A stretch of 64,000 bases of DNA, taken from positions 1,194,733 through 1,258,732 of the forward strand of contig OZ199840.1 in assembly GCA_964304625.1 (NCBI GenBank), in the 5' to 3' direction. The notes beneath the pieces were generated by a model. It saw only the letters and a program-made list of their open reading frames with translations, was not told the DNA's origin and did not search any database. Shown in pieces: positions 27,059-39,452 of this stretch. The DNA is from Kudoa neothunni (Eukaryota; Animalia; Cnidaria). The position numbers were made by a program, and so were the translations under genes. How positions within the stretch are numbered: the first letter of the stretch is position 1; each line of letters starts with the position of its first letter.

Positions 27059-28383
27059 CAGATGTAAAATACAAAAACAAACCCCACGTCTTGTTTGTTC
27101 AATGCTGCGCGCGCGTCACACTATTGCGAGAAGTGTAAGACGCCTCATTTGATTCAAAAACAATAATTAATGATATCAAATGCTCTATTTAGCTTCTACA
27201 GAATTGATTTTGACTATTAACAGCTCTCTCATTTTTACGCGGATAAAAATACTAAATTTATTTTATTTATTTTCAAACTTACTTCTTTAGAAAATCTAAA
27301 AGGATTTTTGTGTTCTCTCAATCTTAATATTAATTTTTTCTAAATTTCTTTCATTAAGTCTCGAAAATTAATATATTTAATCAGTTCTTTGTATCATTAT
27401 TTATGCGATATAAGTAAAATTTAAAATAAGTTAAAGTAATATTAATAAGAGGAAATCTCATTAATAATAGAAGTTGGTGGAATTTTCGATAATAATGCTA
27501 TGCACGCGCCACAAAGTATTAATAATATGGTAAAATCGCAGACACAGTCTGTAATCCAATTGGATATTAATCATTCAATTCATAGATTATGCGAATGGAT
27601 TAAAATATTCTTGTAAGATTTTAAGAAATTCTTCCAAGATACGCCGACCTATTCCCAGCCGTAATTGGGGATTCTCATTGATTTATAGCAAGGTAATAAA
27701 TATAATTACATGATAAAACAAAAAAAACTGAAAGCCCAATTTCGCTGCTACATTGAAGCGCAGAGGGTGTACTTTTATTCTCGACAAATTTAATCCCCCG
27801 TTACAATTATGCTTCCAACATTTACGTACCGATTAAACATGCGATTTATGATCTTAAATGACATCAATGTTTGTTGGGTTCAATTGGTATTTGATCATTA
27901 CACTTGTATTTTGGTTACAACCTATCGTATGACAGTATAATCAATCATAAAAAGTTATAAAAATTCATTAGGCCTGCTACGAAATGTCTCAAAATTTTAA
28001 CTTTTTCGCGGAATAATAGTTTCCAATTATTACAGTTACTCATGGATTTTGCGAAATGATTTGGATCTCTTGTTTGATCACAAAAAATACATAAGTCACG
28101 GTAGCATTTTTACGCCTGTTTTGACTAGGAGGAAAATATGTACAACTCTTGTTCATAAGATAAAAATTCTCATACTTTTTATCACAGTTTTTATTTTAAT
28201 ATATGAATCATAAAAAATAACTCATATATTTGTTTAATTAAAAAATGTCGGATTTTTAGTTTACAAACTAATACCTTCGACGAAGCTCATAAGGATGTGT
28301 CGAACGACCTAATATGGTCATCACCACAAACACTACCGGCAACGCAGCTAGTCACATGCAACCCCTTGATTATCCCTCTAAAA

Positions 28384-28902
28384 CAGGGGTTCTCAACCGA
28401 GGGTAAATTGTAAATTAAGTGACATCAAAATCAGATAGGGGAGATTTTTGCAAGATGCGGTTTGTGACTTACCGAAGGATGTCTAAGAAATTATATTATT
28501 TGGGGTTATTAAACTCAATAAGAAGTCGTTAAAGATGCTTTAATCATTTTTTGGAAAGAGTATTTAACAATTATATGTATACTATCAGTTTCTTTCCTTT
28601 AGGCCTCGTTTATCTTTTAGAGATGTAATTTAATAATACTTAAAAAAGCTATTTTCATCGTAAATAATATTTAGGCGTTATTAATTCAGCAAAATCTAAA
28701 AAATTAAATCTGTAAACAGCTTGTGATTAAAAGTTTCTAGGATTAAAAATTGTCATTATGCAAGCATACATACCTTTTAGAATTATAATATACCGTGAAA
28801 ATACATTCAGCCTTAGTTGAACAAATATAAAACTTTAAATCAGATCTGAATTTGGCTTCTAAGTTAAGGAAGTAAATTTGAAACAACCGTTGAGAACCCC
28901 TG
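28384..28902. mobile_element. Non-autonomous hAT (Charlie-like) element
   Basis: Perfect 14-bp TIR CAGGGGTTCTCAAC...GTTGAGAACCCCTG, with 8-bp flanks CTCTAAAA and CTATAAAA (7/8 match, TSD). Confidence 0.9.
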
Positions 28903-28989
28903 CTATAAAATAGTAGTGGAAACTAACATCATGACGAATGTTTGCAGCGAAATAATTATTATGTAAACTTTAGAAAACCTCAAGAAATA

Positions 28990-29515
28990 AAGACATGATC
29001 TTGTATGAAGATTATCTTGAAAAAAAATATAATAATGCGAAGACTTTCTAATACTTGGGATTACTCTTGGGCAGCACGTATTGCTTTGGATAAATGTGAT
29101 CATTTTTTCCACAATATATTGTTACTTTATTTTACATCTTATACTTTGGTAAAGTATCCTTCATAGAACTTCAAAAACTTGGATTATATAGTCAATATAA
29201 AAGTGGTGTCGAATTTTTAATATTATCGGTAACCTCATTTGCTTCCATATCAAGAAACTTCGTTGAAGACGTGTACAAAAAACTTCTAAAGAGGGGGAGC
29301 CAGCTCAAGGATACTAACTTTATTCATTTTTTCAATATTTTCAAATAACTACCTAGAAGGAACCGAATGCCCAACTGAATCTTGGAATGCTCATTTTAGA
29401 GTCATGAACGATATTCCGCTCACTTAAAACCCTAGTGAGAGTTTCAATCAACATTTCTAAGGCAAATTAAAATAATGTCATCCCGGGTTAACCATTTTAT
29501 TTTTCAAATTACAAT
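28990..29515 (+). mobile_element. Decayed MULE transposase C-terminal fragment
   Basis: YLEGTECPTESWNAHFRVMNDIPLT*NPSESFNQHF*GKLK*CHP matches the Mutator-type WN..R....P.TNN..E.......HP pattern. Confidence 0.7.
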
Positions 29516-30468
29516 TTAACTTAGCGCGTATGTCTGTTGGCGATTTTCCGCCGTATGGTAAATGAACACGCCAAACAACTTATTTAAATATGCGACTCTA
29601 AACCCCACCTTAATTCCACTCTTCAACTTCAAATTCCTTCCCTTTTGGAAAGGACAATGTTCTGAGATTTAATATTTCACGAACAATTTAAACATCAATC
29701 CAATTCTATCCGCTAAACGTAACTTGAATCTCAAGTGGATCAAACATATTAGTCGTTGGTCCGCATCCTTTAAAAACATCCGCCCTTGAGAGCATCTTAA
29801 ATAATTAATAACTACTTAAACAATAACGGCGATATTCACTGTTTGAATTCATCTTAAATTAGTTTCTATTACGCTTAATCGAAGTTAACGTCAGATAAAT
29901 CTTTACAAATAACTATCACATAAAATCATAAACACAAAAATCCAATAGTTAAATCGTAGGGGGACAGAATAAGTCATCTAAATTCAATTGGTTAGTAGCT
30001 AATGGCAACATAGAGAATTCTCTGTTGGATTTGGAATGAATAATGCGCTGAGTAGGGATTTAATTTAAGTCCAAACAAATAGTTTTACACAACGTCCCGA
30101 TTAGAGGAGACATTAATTCGGAAAATGACCCCAAACGTAAACATTTATTACAGAGTGAATTAATCCCAAATGAGAATAACACCTCCCACCTATCCTGTAA
30201 CAATCTCTACATAAGAGATATTTTTAAAATAATTTATAAAAGTTTTCATAAATCGCATATGAGAAACCCCCAATTCTAAAAATCCACAATCCACACTCCA
30301 CATTCTTCAGGTAGTTATGTTAATCCCTTGAAATGTCTCATTAAAAATTAAACAATTCAAGCAATTTTATATTACGTAACTACCAAAAATCTAAAGTGAA
30401 ATGTGTTTTCTTACAGTAATAGCTGTGAAAAATAACCGATAGAATTGCATTGGAGAACGAATGTGTAG

Positions 30469-33400
30469 ATGCCGATGGCGACGAATATGACCGAGGTAAA
30501 AATAATCCGCGTTATACACCGTAGAAAGACATCTGTTATATTTGGCTCAACGTAACTTATAGGAATAGGTCGACACTGATTGATATTAGTAGTGTGACAA
30601 ATGATGATCAATTCGAACAAGCAAATTTCGAGTTATTTTTCCAGCGAGAGTTCCACCGAATATCATCAAGTACATCATATTTGATAGGAATTTTGTATCA
30701 ATTATTGTGAAACCAATTAATTGTAACTGTTTTCACACTCATGTAACGTTCAATGTAGGGTGATTTTGTGTTAGCAGCATGCATGAAAAATAACTTATCT
30801 CTGCTCAAAATACAATTACAGAACAATATAGATATCAATGTAATTCATCCTTATCATATTTAACGCTTATTTAACGCATATTTAACACATATTAAACAAA
30901 TGGTCACTCTAAATAAATAATAATTACAAATAATAACAATTGTATCATTTTGTAGACTACATCCAGACCAATACCACTTTGTGTAGCTTCATTTTACGGT
31001 AACGGTAGCATAGTGATGGAATTGATTATGAATGGAGCGAACGTGAATATCAAGGATAAAGAGTGGTTGACCCCTTTGCATTGGGCTTGTCTTGGTGGTC
31101 ATTCCAACGTAGTTGATATATTGATTCAAAATGGTGCCGACGTTAATCGTCGTGACAAATATTGGCGTACTCCAATGCACTGTGCAGCCATCAACTTTAA
31201 ATCGGATTGTTTTGAGAAGGTGTCCAGTAAACTTTTTAAAAATTACACTGCAGCGGATCGTCAAGGTTGGATTCCGCTGCATCATGCCTGCTACCATGGA
31301 AGTATAGCAGTAGCCAAAATAATGATGAAAGAGAAAAAACTCGTCAATATGGGTGACAGAAAAGAAAGACGTCCGTTGCATTTGGCTGCTCATTGTGGCT
31401 ACAGAAATATTGTTTTGGAATTGTTGCAGCATGATGCCGATTGTAATGTCACAGACAAACGCGGTATGTCTCCATTGCATGCTGCAGCTTGCAGTGGACA
31501 TCATTTTGTGTGTGAGGAATTGTTGAGTCATGGAGCTTTACTCAATGCCGCCACAAAAACCAATAATACAGCTCTTCATTTTGCCGCTCGTTCCAACGAT
31601 CACACTACCATTGATATTCTGCTTAAAAGTGGCGCTGATGTTACCGTGGAAAATGACCGCAAACAAAAACCCATCCATTGTATATGTTACGATTCGATTA
31701 ACATATCCAATTTGGAGTTGTTTTTACCGTATGGCCATTTGGATGTGAAAGATGGCAACGGAATGACTCCGTTACATATTGCATGCATGAAGGGGATTTT
31801 GGATGCGGTGAAAGTGTTATTGGCTTATAATTGTGATCCCAATGCGACCAACAACAGTGGAAATACACCACTTCATTTGGCTGTAGCGTACAATCATGTT
31901 GATGTGGTGGATTCGTTGTTGCTTCATTATACCAATAAAGTTGATATTAATGCACAAAACAATGACCGAATTACCCCTCTACATATTGCTGTTATCACTA
32001 TGAATTTTACCGTTGTTAAAAAATTGCTGAACAAAAAAGCCTCAATATCACTAGTTGATGATAGTTCGAACACACCTTTGCATTCTTTAATCAGCTCACC
32101 GTTACTTAAATGGCAGCGTGATAGTGCTGTTAACGACCCCTCAGCGTTATTGTATGATATCAACTAGACCAATTATTAATTGAGTTCTGTTAGGAATTAT
32201 GAGGTGTTTTTCAAATTGGTCGATCCAGTTACCACTTTGAACGCTAGAAACGACCTTGGGCAGTATGTTTAAATCGAATGATGTTGTAATGAGTAAATTG
32301 GACGAATTTTGTAGAACACCACTTCATCTGGCGCTGATGTATGGTCTCTTGGATTGTGCTGTGATTCTATTATCCGAATTGAATGCTGAACCCACAATCT
32401 GTGACAACAATGGACGAAATGCACTTCATTATGCTATTGTTTTTAATTTGGATAACGACATGTACAATCATCTTTAACAGTTTTGCAATGGCGCAAAGTT
32501 GTTAGCAGTATAAATAGTTAAATATGACGTGATTTAAAAGTTAGTTGACGTCTTCATGAATAGGTTAGGTTAGGTTAGGTTAGGTGTTGAGGTTTGCGCA
32601 CTTTCAGTAATACTAACAACTTAAGCCATATATTATCAATTATTAATTGGCTAGAATAGAATAACTTGAGTCTTATTTGATTTAGCATTATGAATAGTCT
32701 CTTTGGTAACTCTGAATGTTTCGTACCAGACAATTTTCATTACACACCGCTTCATTATTTGACCGAATTTTGTAATGTGGAAGAAGTGGTTTACAAAGTT
32801 TGTCCAACCAACTCAGATCCACTTTTATTTAGATTATTTATATAGTTTGAGAACTTTTCCAAATATGTTAATCACTCTCAATGTGCCGGCTCTATTTCTT
32901 TGATCCACATTCTTTGTAGAGTAGGTGGTTTGTGTTTAAATTTATGAAAATCACTGAATATAATAGATTGATTATGAAATCGAACAACTCTGTGATCTTG
33001 TGTTTGCATTCTGCGACGACCCAAATGTTCCAATCGACCACAATGGCGATAGTCCATTCCATATTCTAGCCAACAATCACACATTCCATCCTTACACCTT
33101 GAAGTTGTTGTGTGAACGTTTCCCAAATGAATCCCTAAGCTCGTTGTTCAATAACAAAGGATGGTCCCCCATCCATATCGCCTGCAACTCACGAAACATC
33201 CAATTTCTAGAGTATCTCAATAGTTCCTATGGTCAGCAGGGAATGACTATCGATTATAATATTCCAACGAACAACCCCAACCAATACACTCCAGCTATAT
33301 TGGCAACTGCCAATCCTAGCGGGAAGCTGTTGAAATTTTTAGTGGAACATGGAGCTGATCTTCGTCAGTGCGATGTCAACAAAAACTCCCCTCTCCATTA

Positions 33401-34479
33401 TGCGGTTGTCACACAGAATTTTGTGGTTGTTCAAACTATCACTGACACCATCAACACTTTCGATTATATCAACGCTACCAACATCAACGGAGACTCGCCG
33501 GTGATGCTGGCTTGCAAACGAAAAATCGAGAGAAATATTCTGGATCAACTTATTTCCAATGGTGCTGTGCTGAGCCAATTCAGTGCGGACAATTACACTC
33601 CCATCCATTGGCTGTGCCTTCGCTGTGATACTAACACTCTCGAACACATCGGATCCAGATGCAATCTACCTGAAGCCATCGATCAAATTGAAAAAAAACA
33701 TCGCAATGAATCCACCCCAATGTTCTCACTTTTACATTGCGCTATCAGATCGAAAGGATGCAGCTGCCTCAAATTTATCCTGTCTGTCTATCCAAAATTT
33801 GATTGCTCTGTTGACACCTATGGAAGGTAGTTGACAGTGTGACTAATTTTTGTGTTATTTGAATTGTTTTTCGATCACCATCAGAACCCCATTACATCTG
33901 GCTATTATGTCGAATAATGAAAAACGCACTCTTGCCGCCGATCTTTTGAGTTATTTCTTGAAACACAGGGTCGATTTTGATGTCCAAGACAACGAAGGCT
34001 ACACACCCATTATGAGAGCCCTCCAATGCACTACACTCTACAATCTTAGTATAAAGCTTAATTCCAAGATTATTGCTTATTTAATTTGATTATTATATAT
34101 TATGTTGTTTAGATAAAATCTGCAAACATTCTAGATACAACATTCGAGAATATGCCAACGGAAACACACCACTTCATATTGCTGTCCAAGAGGTACGCTA
34201 GTTTCGATTCTATTCGTGTTCATTTACAACCATTAGATGGAATCCTCAAATGTGCACTTTATAATTAATTTTATCGACAAAAAAACCATAAACATGCAAA
34301 ATAATGACGGTGACACTCCTCTTCATATCGCGGTTCGTCTTGAAATGGAAGAAACCGCACAAACTCTTCTTGATGCTGGAGCTGATCCAAGCATTTTTAA
34401 TAACAATGGTGAAATTGCTCTGAACACAGAATGGGATGATGATGATGACGAGGATGAAGAGGCAGATTCCAGTGAATGA
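30469..34479 (+). CDS. Ankyrin-repeat protein of the PP6 regulatory subunit (ANKRD28/44/52) type
   Basis: Multi-exon. Repeats GANVNIKDKEWLTPLH, ADVNRRDKYWRTPMH, DRKERRPLHLAA and DKRGMSPLHAAA parallel the ANKRD28 family, and the C-terminus is acidic. The 5' exons (30469-30495, a 29-nt intron, 30525-30669) are less certain. Confidence 0.8.
32561..32584 (+). repeat. Short (TTAGG)n tract in an ankyrin-gene intron
   Basis: TAGG(TTAGG)4 read directly. Confidence 0.85.
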
Positions 34480-34850
34480 TCGATCGCTTGTCGATTGTTG
34501 AAACGTGATTTGCATCGATTACGTAGATCACTCTTTCTTTTTTGTATGATATCCTCCTGATCCAAAGAAAGAATTTCTTATTTTGTATAGTATATATTAT
34601 TTATAATTTTGTGCCATCCTTAGATATTATTGTATGTTTAGTTTATATCCACCTTTCTCTTCTTATCTTTTATTCGCGTTATTTTATTCACATTATTTGG
34701 AGTTTATTTTCTCAATAGATGATATAGATTATTTTGAACTGTAAAAATATATGGCTTAGTTTTTTTATGTGAATTGGTTGATATTCTATTTCTATGGTGA
34801 TATTAAAAATGAAAAAATTATTCTTAAGTTTCCATTAAGTATGCGAGGGA

Positions 34851-35018
34851 TTAACTCTTTAACCCACACATCTCTCGGTTATAGGTTATTTATGCTACAG
34901 AATTTTAGGCGTAGGCTATAATTTATCTCTGCTTGATCAGAAGGGCGTAGTCATGGATTAGAAAAAATTATCTAAACTGTAAATAAAGGATTAAACGTTG
35001 TAGGAGTGAAAGAATTAA
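34851..35018. mobile_element. Possible TTAA-flanked piggyBac-type MITE
   Basis: Left end TTAACTCTTTAAC and right end reverse complement TTAATTCTTTCAC form an imperfect TIR. Confidence 0.4.
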
Positions 35019-35108
35019 CGGTTTCAACATTAATCCGTTATTTTACATGAGCCTATATAATCCCCAAGCTAACATTTACAGGTGGTATAATTTGTATATT
35101 TGTTTAAT

Positions 35109-35952
35109 TACAGTAAGACCTCGATACAGCGTAGAAAATCGGGACTTAGGTTTTACTGTGCTATGATAAGTCGTTACTCAATATCAAGGCACACGCAAAA
35201 CGCCAGAATTAAAATTTTTTAAAGATAGTCTATATCAATGAATTTTAACTTCTAGTTGTAATTATTACATTCAATTTATCCATAAATGAGTTAGATAGGC
35301 ATAATTATTTGAAGAATTTATTAGTAACAAACTTTATAATCATAACGTCCAAGTTTTTTTTTGGTTGTCGAAAGTCTTTTTTAATAAAAATCTGTTTTTT
35401 ACATTTCTACATTAATTTAATTTTTTAAATTATTAAAATTCCACAATTAATTTGCCACATTATCATTTAGGCGATTTAGTTATCATCAGAAAACAAATGT
35501 ATATAGGGTTTTCCGAGATATTTCGTCGCGTGTTTATAAACAGTTGATTTCGTTGGAAATTTTCGCATTTGTGTGCGTATAATTAAAATATTGAAAATGA
35601 GCAATAACTCTTCTAAATTTTTAAGTATTAGATAATAATAATTATAATAATAATAATAATAATAATGAGCCGATAATGTTTTCAGGTCAACAAAATAAAA
35701 AAATTTATGGGGTATTAAGAGAATCACTTCAGAAAATTTAGGAATCTTGCACTTAGAAGACAATCACCAAACGAATAAAAATTTTCAAATTAAATTGACG
35801 AGGATTTAGAACTATTTCACCTTCTGATTTTCTTGGATATTACAAATAAAGTTCCGTTTTCTCGTAAGATGCCTAAATAAAGATATTAAATTAGAATAAA
35901 ACATTTTCCTGTGGTTATGTATTTTTTATTTCGATTTTCTCTGTATCGAAGT
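35109..35952. mobile_element. Tigger/pogo-like non-autonomous remnant
   Basis: TA+CAGTAAGACCTCGATACAGCG is a Tigger-type end. A partial inverted copy (GATTTTCTCTGTATCGAAGT) lies near 35933-35952. Confidence 0.45.
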
Positions 35953-37576
35953 GAAATTTAATTTATTATATTATTGGTGTATTCATTAATGAAAGTAAAT
36001 GTTAAAGGAATAGCTTGGAAAACCCTACTAATCAAATGTTCTGACAAACTATTACTTCGAATGTAAATATCAATCATGGCAGCGGTTCTTAACTTGGGGT
36101 TTGTGAACGATTTCAATAAAATCTTAATTCAGTTTTATCACCATACATTCATTATAATTAGATATTTTTAACATTAACGTAATTATTAGAAATTTCTAAT
36201 ATACCCTCGCGTTATTATCTCTTGTAAATATTTATTATTTATTACAAACTTACCTTGTGTTATAATTTATTTTGTAAAAAAATCCATAAAAATAAAAGTT
36301 ACTCGGTAGGTTATTTTACAAAAATTTTATAATGTCGCAGACTGTGCAATCTGAATGATTACTCCTTTTACGCAGTCTATTATTGCGAAACTAGATTTCC
36401 ATGTTGGTTACCATAACAGCGAAATCATGAAATTGCTTATATGCGCGTTGCTCTTAAATACGCTGTCAGAATTCTGTGGACTAGTTGATAGGGAGCGCCT
36501 ACAAAAATCTCACAAAATATTATTTTTAGGTCTATTACATATATAAAAAATATACATTTCACTTTAATCTCGCATTCAAATAAACAAAAATTCCTTCTTT
36601 GTTAACTTTTATTTTATCAAACACAATAATTAACAAAAATAGAGATTTTATATAGCAAAAATATTTCAAGCATTACTAGAGTATTTTTCACCTAGGAATT
36701 TTAGATGGATTTCGCTTTTAAACATTAACGAATGTATATATAATAATTCAACAGATTACATTAAATTTTCTATTTTAAATATCACGTGAAATTTTAATAC
36801 TTTCTAAAAAATTACAGAGAATGGCTCCATAATTGTTAATATTTTGTTTCAATACTTAAAATAATTCATGTCAATGTTTGAAAATTTTTAATTCATATTT
36901 TAAAACAAAATAACTACATAAATAATTTATTACATAATAAATATTTTGATGAAAATGAAGATATTAGATAAATAATTGAAGTTAACCGTTAGTTCCCGAA
37001 TTTTTCCTTTACATTAAGAATATTCAAAATTATAATTATATTAAACAATTTTATTTTTTTAAATAAATAGTATAACAATAATTTAAAATCCATTATAATT
37101 TACCCATTAAAGTGAAAAATGGAAAATGGAAACGAAAAGGTTAAAATATTTATATGTACAATTGGTTTATGCATCAAAACAAAATGGGGGTCCGTGATAA
37201 TTGCATTAAAGTTTTATAGTTTAATTCCTAAAATTGTTCGTTCAGGATTCCAAATTTTTATTTATTTATCACAATTTTCCTTAAAATAGCTTAAACAACT
37301 TTGTAATTAACACCGAAGGCAACAGAAACTACCAATAGGCAAAACAAATAGACGATCGCGAAGATTTGCGAATAATTAATAATTCTGTTTGGGGTAGAAA
37401 AATGACTAGAAATCCTACATTATACCCACTATGTGTATAGCTGTTTGAGTTGAATCAGTATAGCAACGGTGTAACGTCAAAAATCGGCTGAGATAAAATA
37501 GATTTCTAATGGGATTCGAAGCTTCACAATAATCCTGTAGTATTCGTTCATATTCGGCAAAACAGATAGAGGCGGT

Positions 37577-38119
37577 ATGCGGTATCAACTTTATCGAAAC
37601 ACCACTCCCGGAACAACATTACAAGAGTCGCTCGATGAAATGATCGAAGTATTCGAATTTTATTTTCTATCTGTTAATCGATGACAAAAATCAGAGCAAT
37701 CAAATCAGTGCCTACTCGGCATTACAAATAATGTCACATTTTGACGAAGTAATCAACGAGAATCTGGGCAATGAATCAAATGGTGTATTGTCAATCAAGG
37801 TAGTTATTCAGCCTCTCTCTGTTCACACAGTGATATTAAGGGTGATCTCAACAGCTACAGACATTTGGACAATGTGTGGACATTTGTGGTTGACAACTTT
37901 TCAGTTAAAGAAGGTGGAAGTATGATTCTAGCGAACAGCGTGAAGATAGTAGCGTGTGAGGGAAAACGTAACGACAATTATGTGCGCCCAATTTAATATA
38001 TTAAATGGTAAATTATAGTGAACTCGGGGCGTAACAACCGTAAAAGGAAGACATCTGTAGCCAAAAATGTACAACCCCTACGTGGAAGTTACGATGATAT
38101 GGGATCATCTGATGGCTAG
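37577..38119 (+). CDS. GTF2A2: Transcription initiation factor IIA gamma subunit
   Basis: Exons 37577-37648, 37695-37799, 37841-37967 and probably 38019-38119. Translation MRYQLYRNTTPGTTLQESLDEMIE...LNSYRHLDNVWTF...VKIVACEGK. If the last intron is not spliced, the stop is at 37996. Confidence 0.92.
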
Positions 38120-38190
38120 ATAGTTTGTAAAGAAATAAAAACCACATAAAATTTGATTTATAACACAATATGTAATTTTATAAGCGGTTT

Positions 38191-38738
38191 TTATGATTGT
38201 TCTTGATTGTTTGACAACTCATGCTGGCCGACCAACTCACTTAAATTTACATCCTGATTGTTCGACTTGAATTCGTCTAAAAATGTAGGTTAATAATTAG
38301 ACTTGATGCGTATTATTCACGTGCAAACTTACATATATAATTTATAATTTCTTGGTTGGTCTTTTTCTGTAAGAAAATCTAATGAGGAGGACACATGTCT
38401 TTTAAGATCTCTAAAACAACATTTATATTATGCATTTTTGTCAGCAGAGATACAAATGAGTCTTTTTAGGAGCAATCACTGTTAGATCCTATATAAGAAT
38501 AAATTTATTTATTTAAAGTTGGGAATTTGCATGGTTTTACCAGTGCTTCCAGGTGCAGGTCTTTTTCCAATTCGGCCACGTAGTCTTTTAACTCTTCACT
38601 AACTAATTAGAACTAAGCATCGTTCTATTGACCTAATCTTAATTACAAAGTTGTGGTTGAGTATTTTGGTAGTTTGTTTTTCTTCAAATTTTCGTCGAAT
38701 GGCTCATAATTCCTAAAAACAAGCACCTTATCTTCCAT
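38191..38738 (-). CDS. CCDC12: Coiled-coil domain protein 12 / Cwf18 splicing factor, with one apparent frameshift
   Basis: Five exons with LVFRNYEPFDENLKK and DLTVIAPKKTHLDLKRHV. The conserved continuation KTNQEIINYIYE needs one base removed at ~38362-38377. Confidence 0.82.
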
Positions 38739-39452
38739 ATCCTACCCTCTGCTGCGCGCGCTTTGCCTATGAAATTCGTTTGTTGCTTTTATTGGAACCT
38801 CTTTAAATTAATTTTAATATTTTGGACACGCACGATTGATCAGTATTTTATTTCGAGACTAGCATTTATAAATTAATGTAAAAAAACGAATCATATCAAT
38901 ATTTTTTCACGTTGAGTAAGGTGTTTTTACTTTTTGTGGATGACGGAAGGCAATTTGTGCTCCAAATCTCAGATGTTTGTGTATTGACGTATTTACCCAT
39001 GTCAATCGAATTAATTTTTAATACATGTAATCATCGTTTGAGGAGTCAAACTTGCTTTTTTAATTTCGGTCTTAATTTTTCGAAAAATCTTGAATATCAT
39101 GCTTATACCATGTATGTTTTAAAAAATCATTGTTATATTTTGTATCTCGCCTTATAATAATTTTTACTAAAACATGTTGATTGATATTTATTTCATAATC
39201 AGAGAAAGATACATTCCTAATAATTTTTCAGTTTCATCAGGATAAATACTGATGTTGCAACTTACAATGGATCAATTGAATGGTTATCAGTTTGATAAAC
39301 TTTACCGTAATATTTTCTGTCAACCAACGATTGAATAATCATATCCAATTTTATTACAAGAATATTGATTAATTTATGTTAACTGACGTTTTTTACATGG
39401 TTGAATATTTCAGTAGGATGCAATTATGACAGTTAATTAAAGTTTGATTTCC

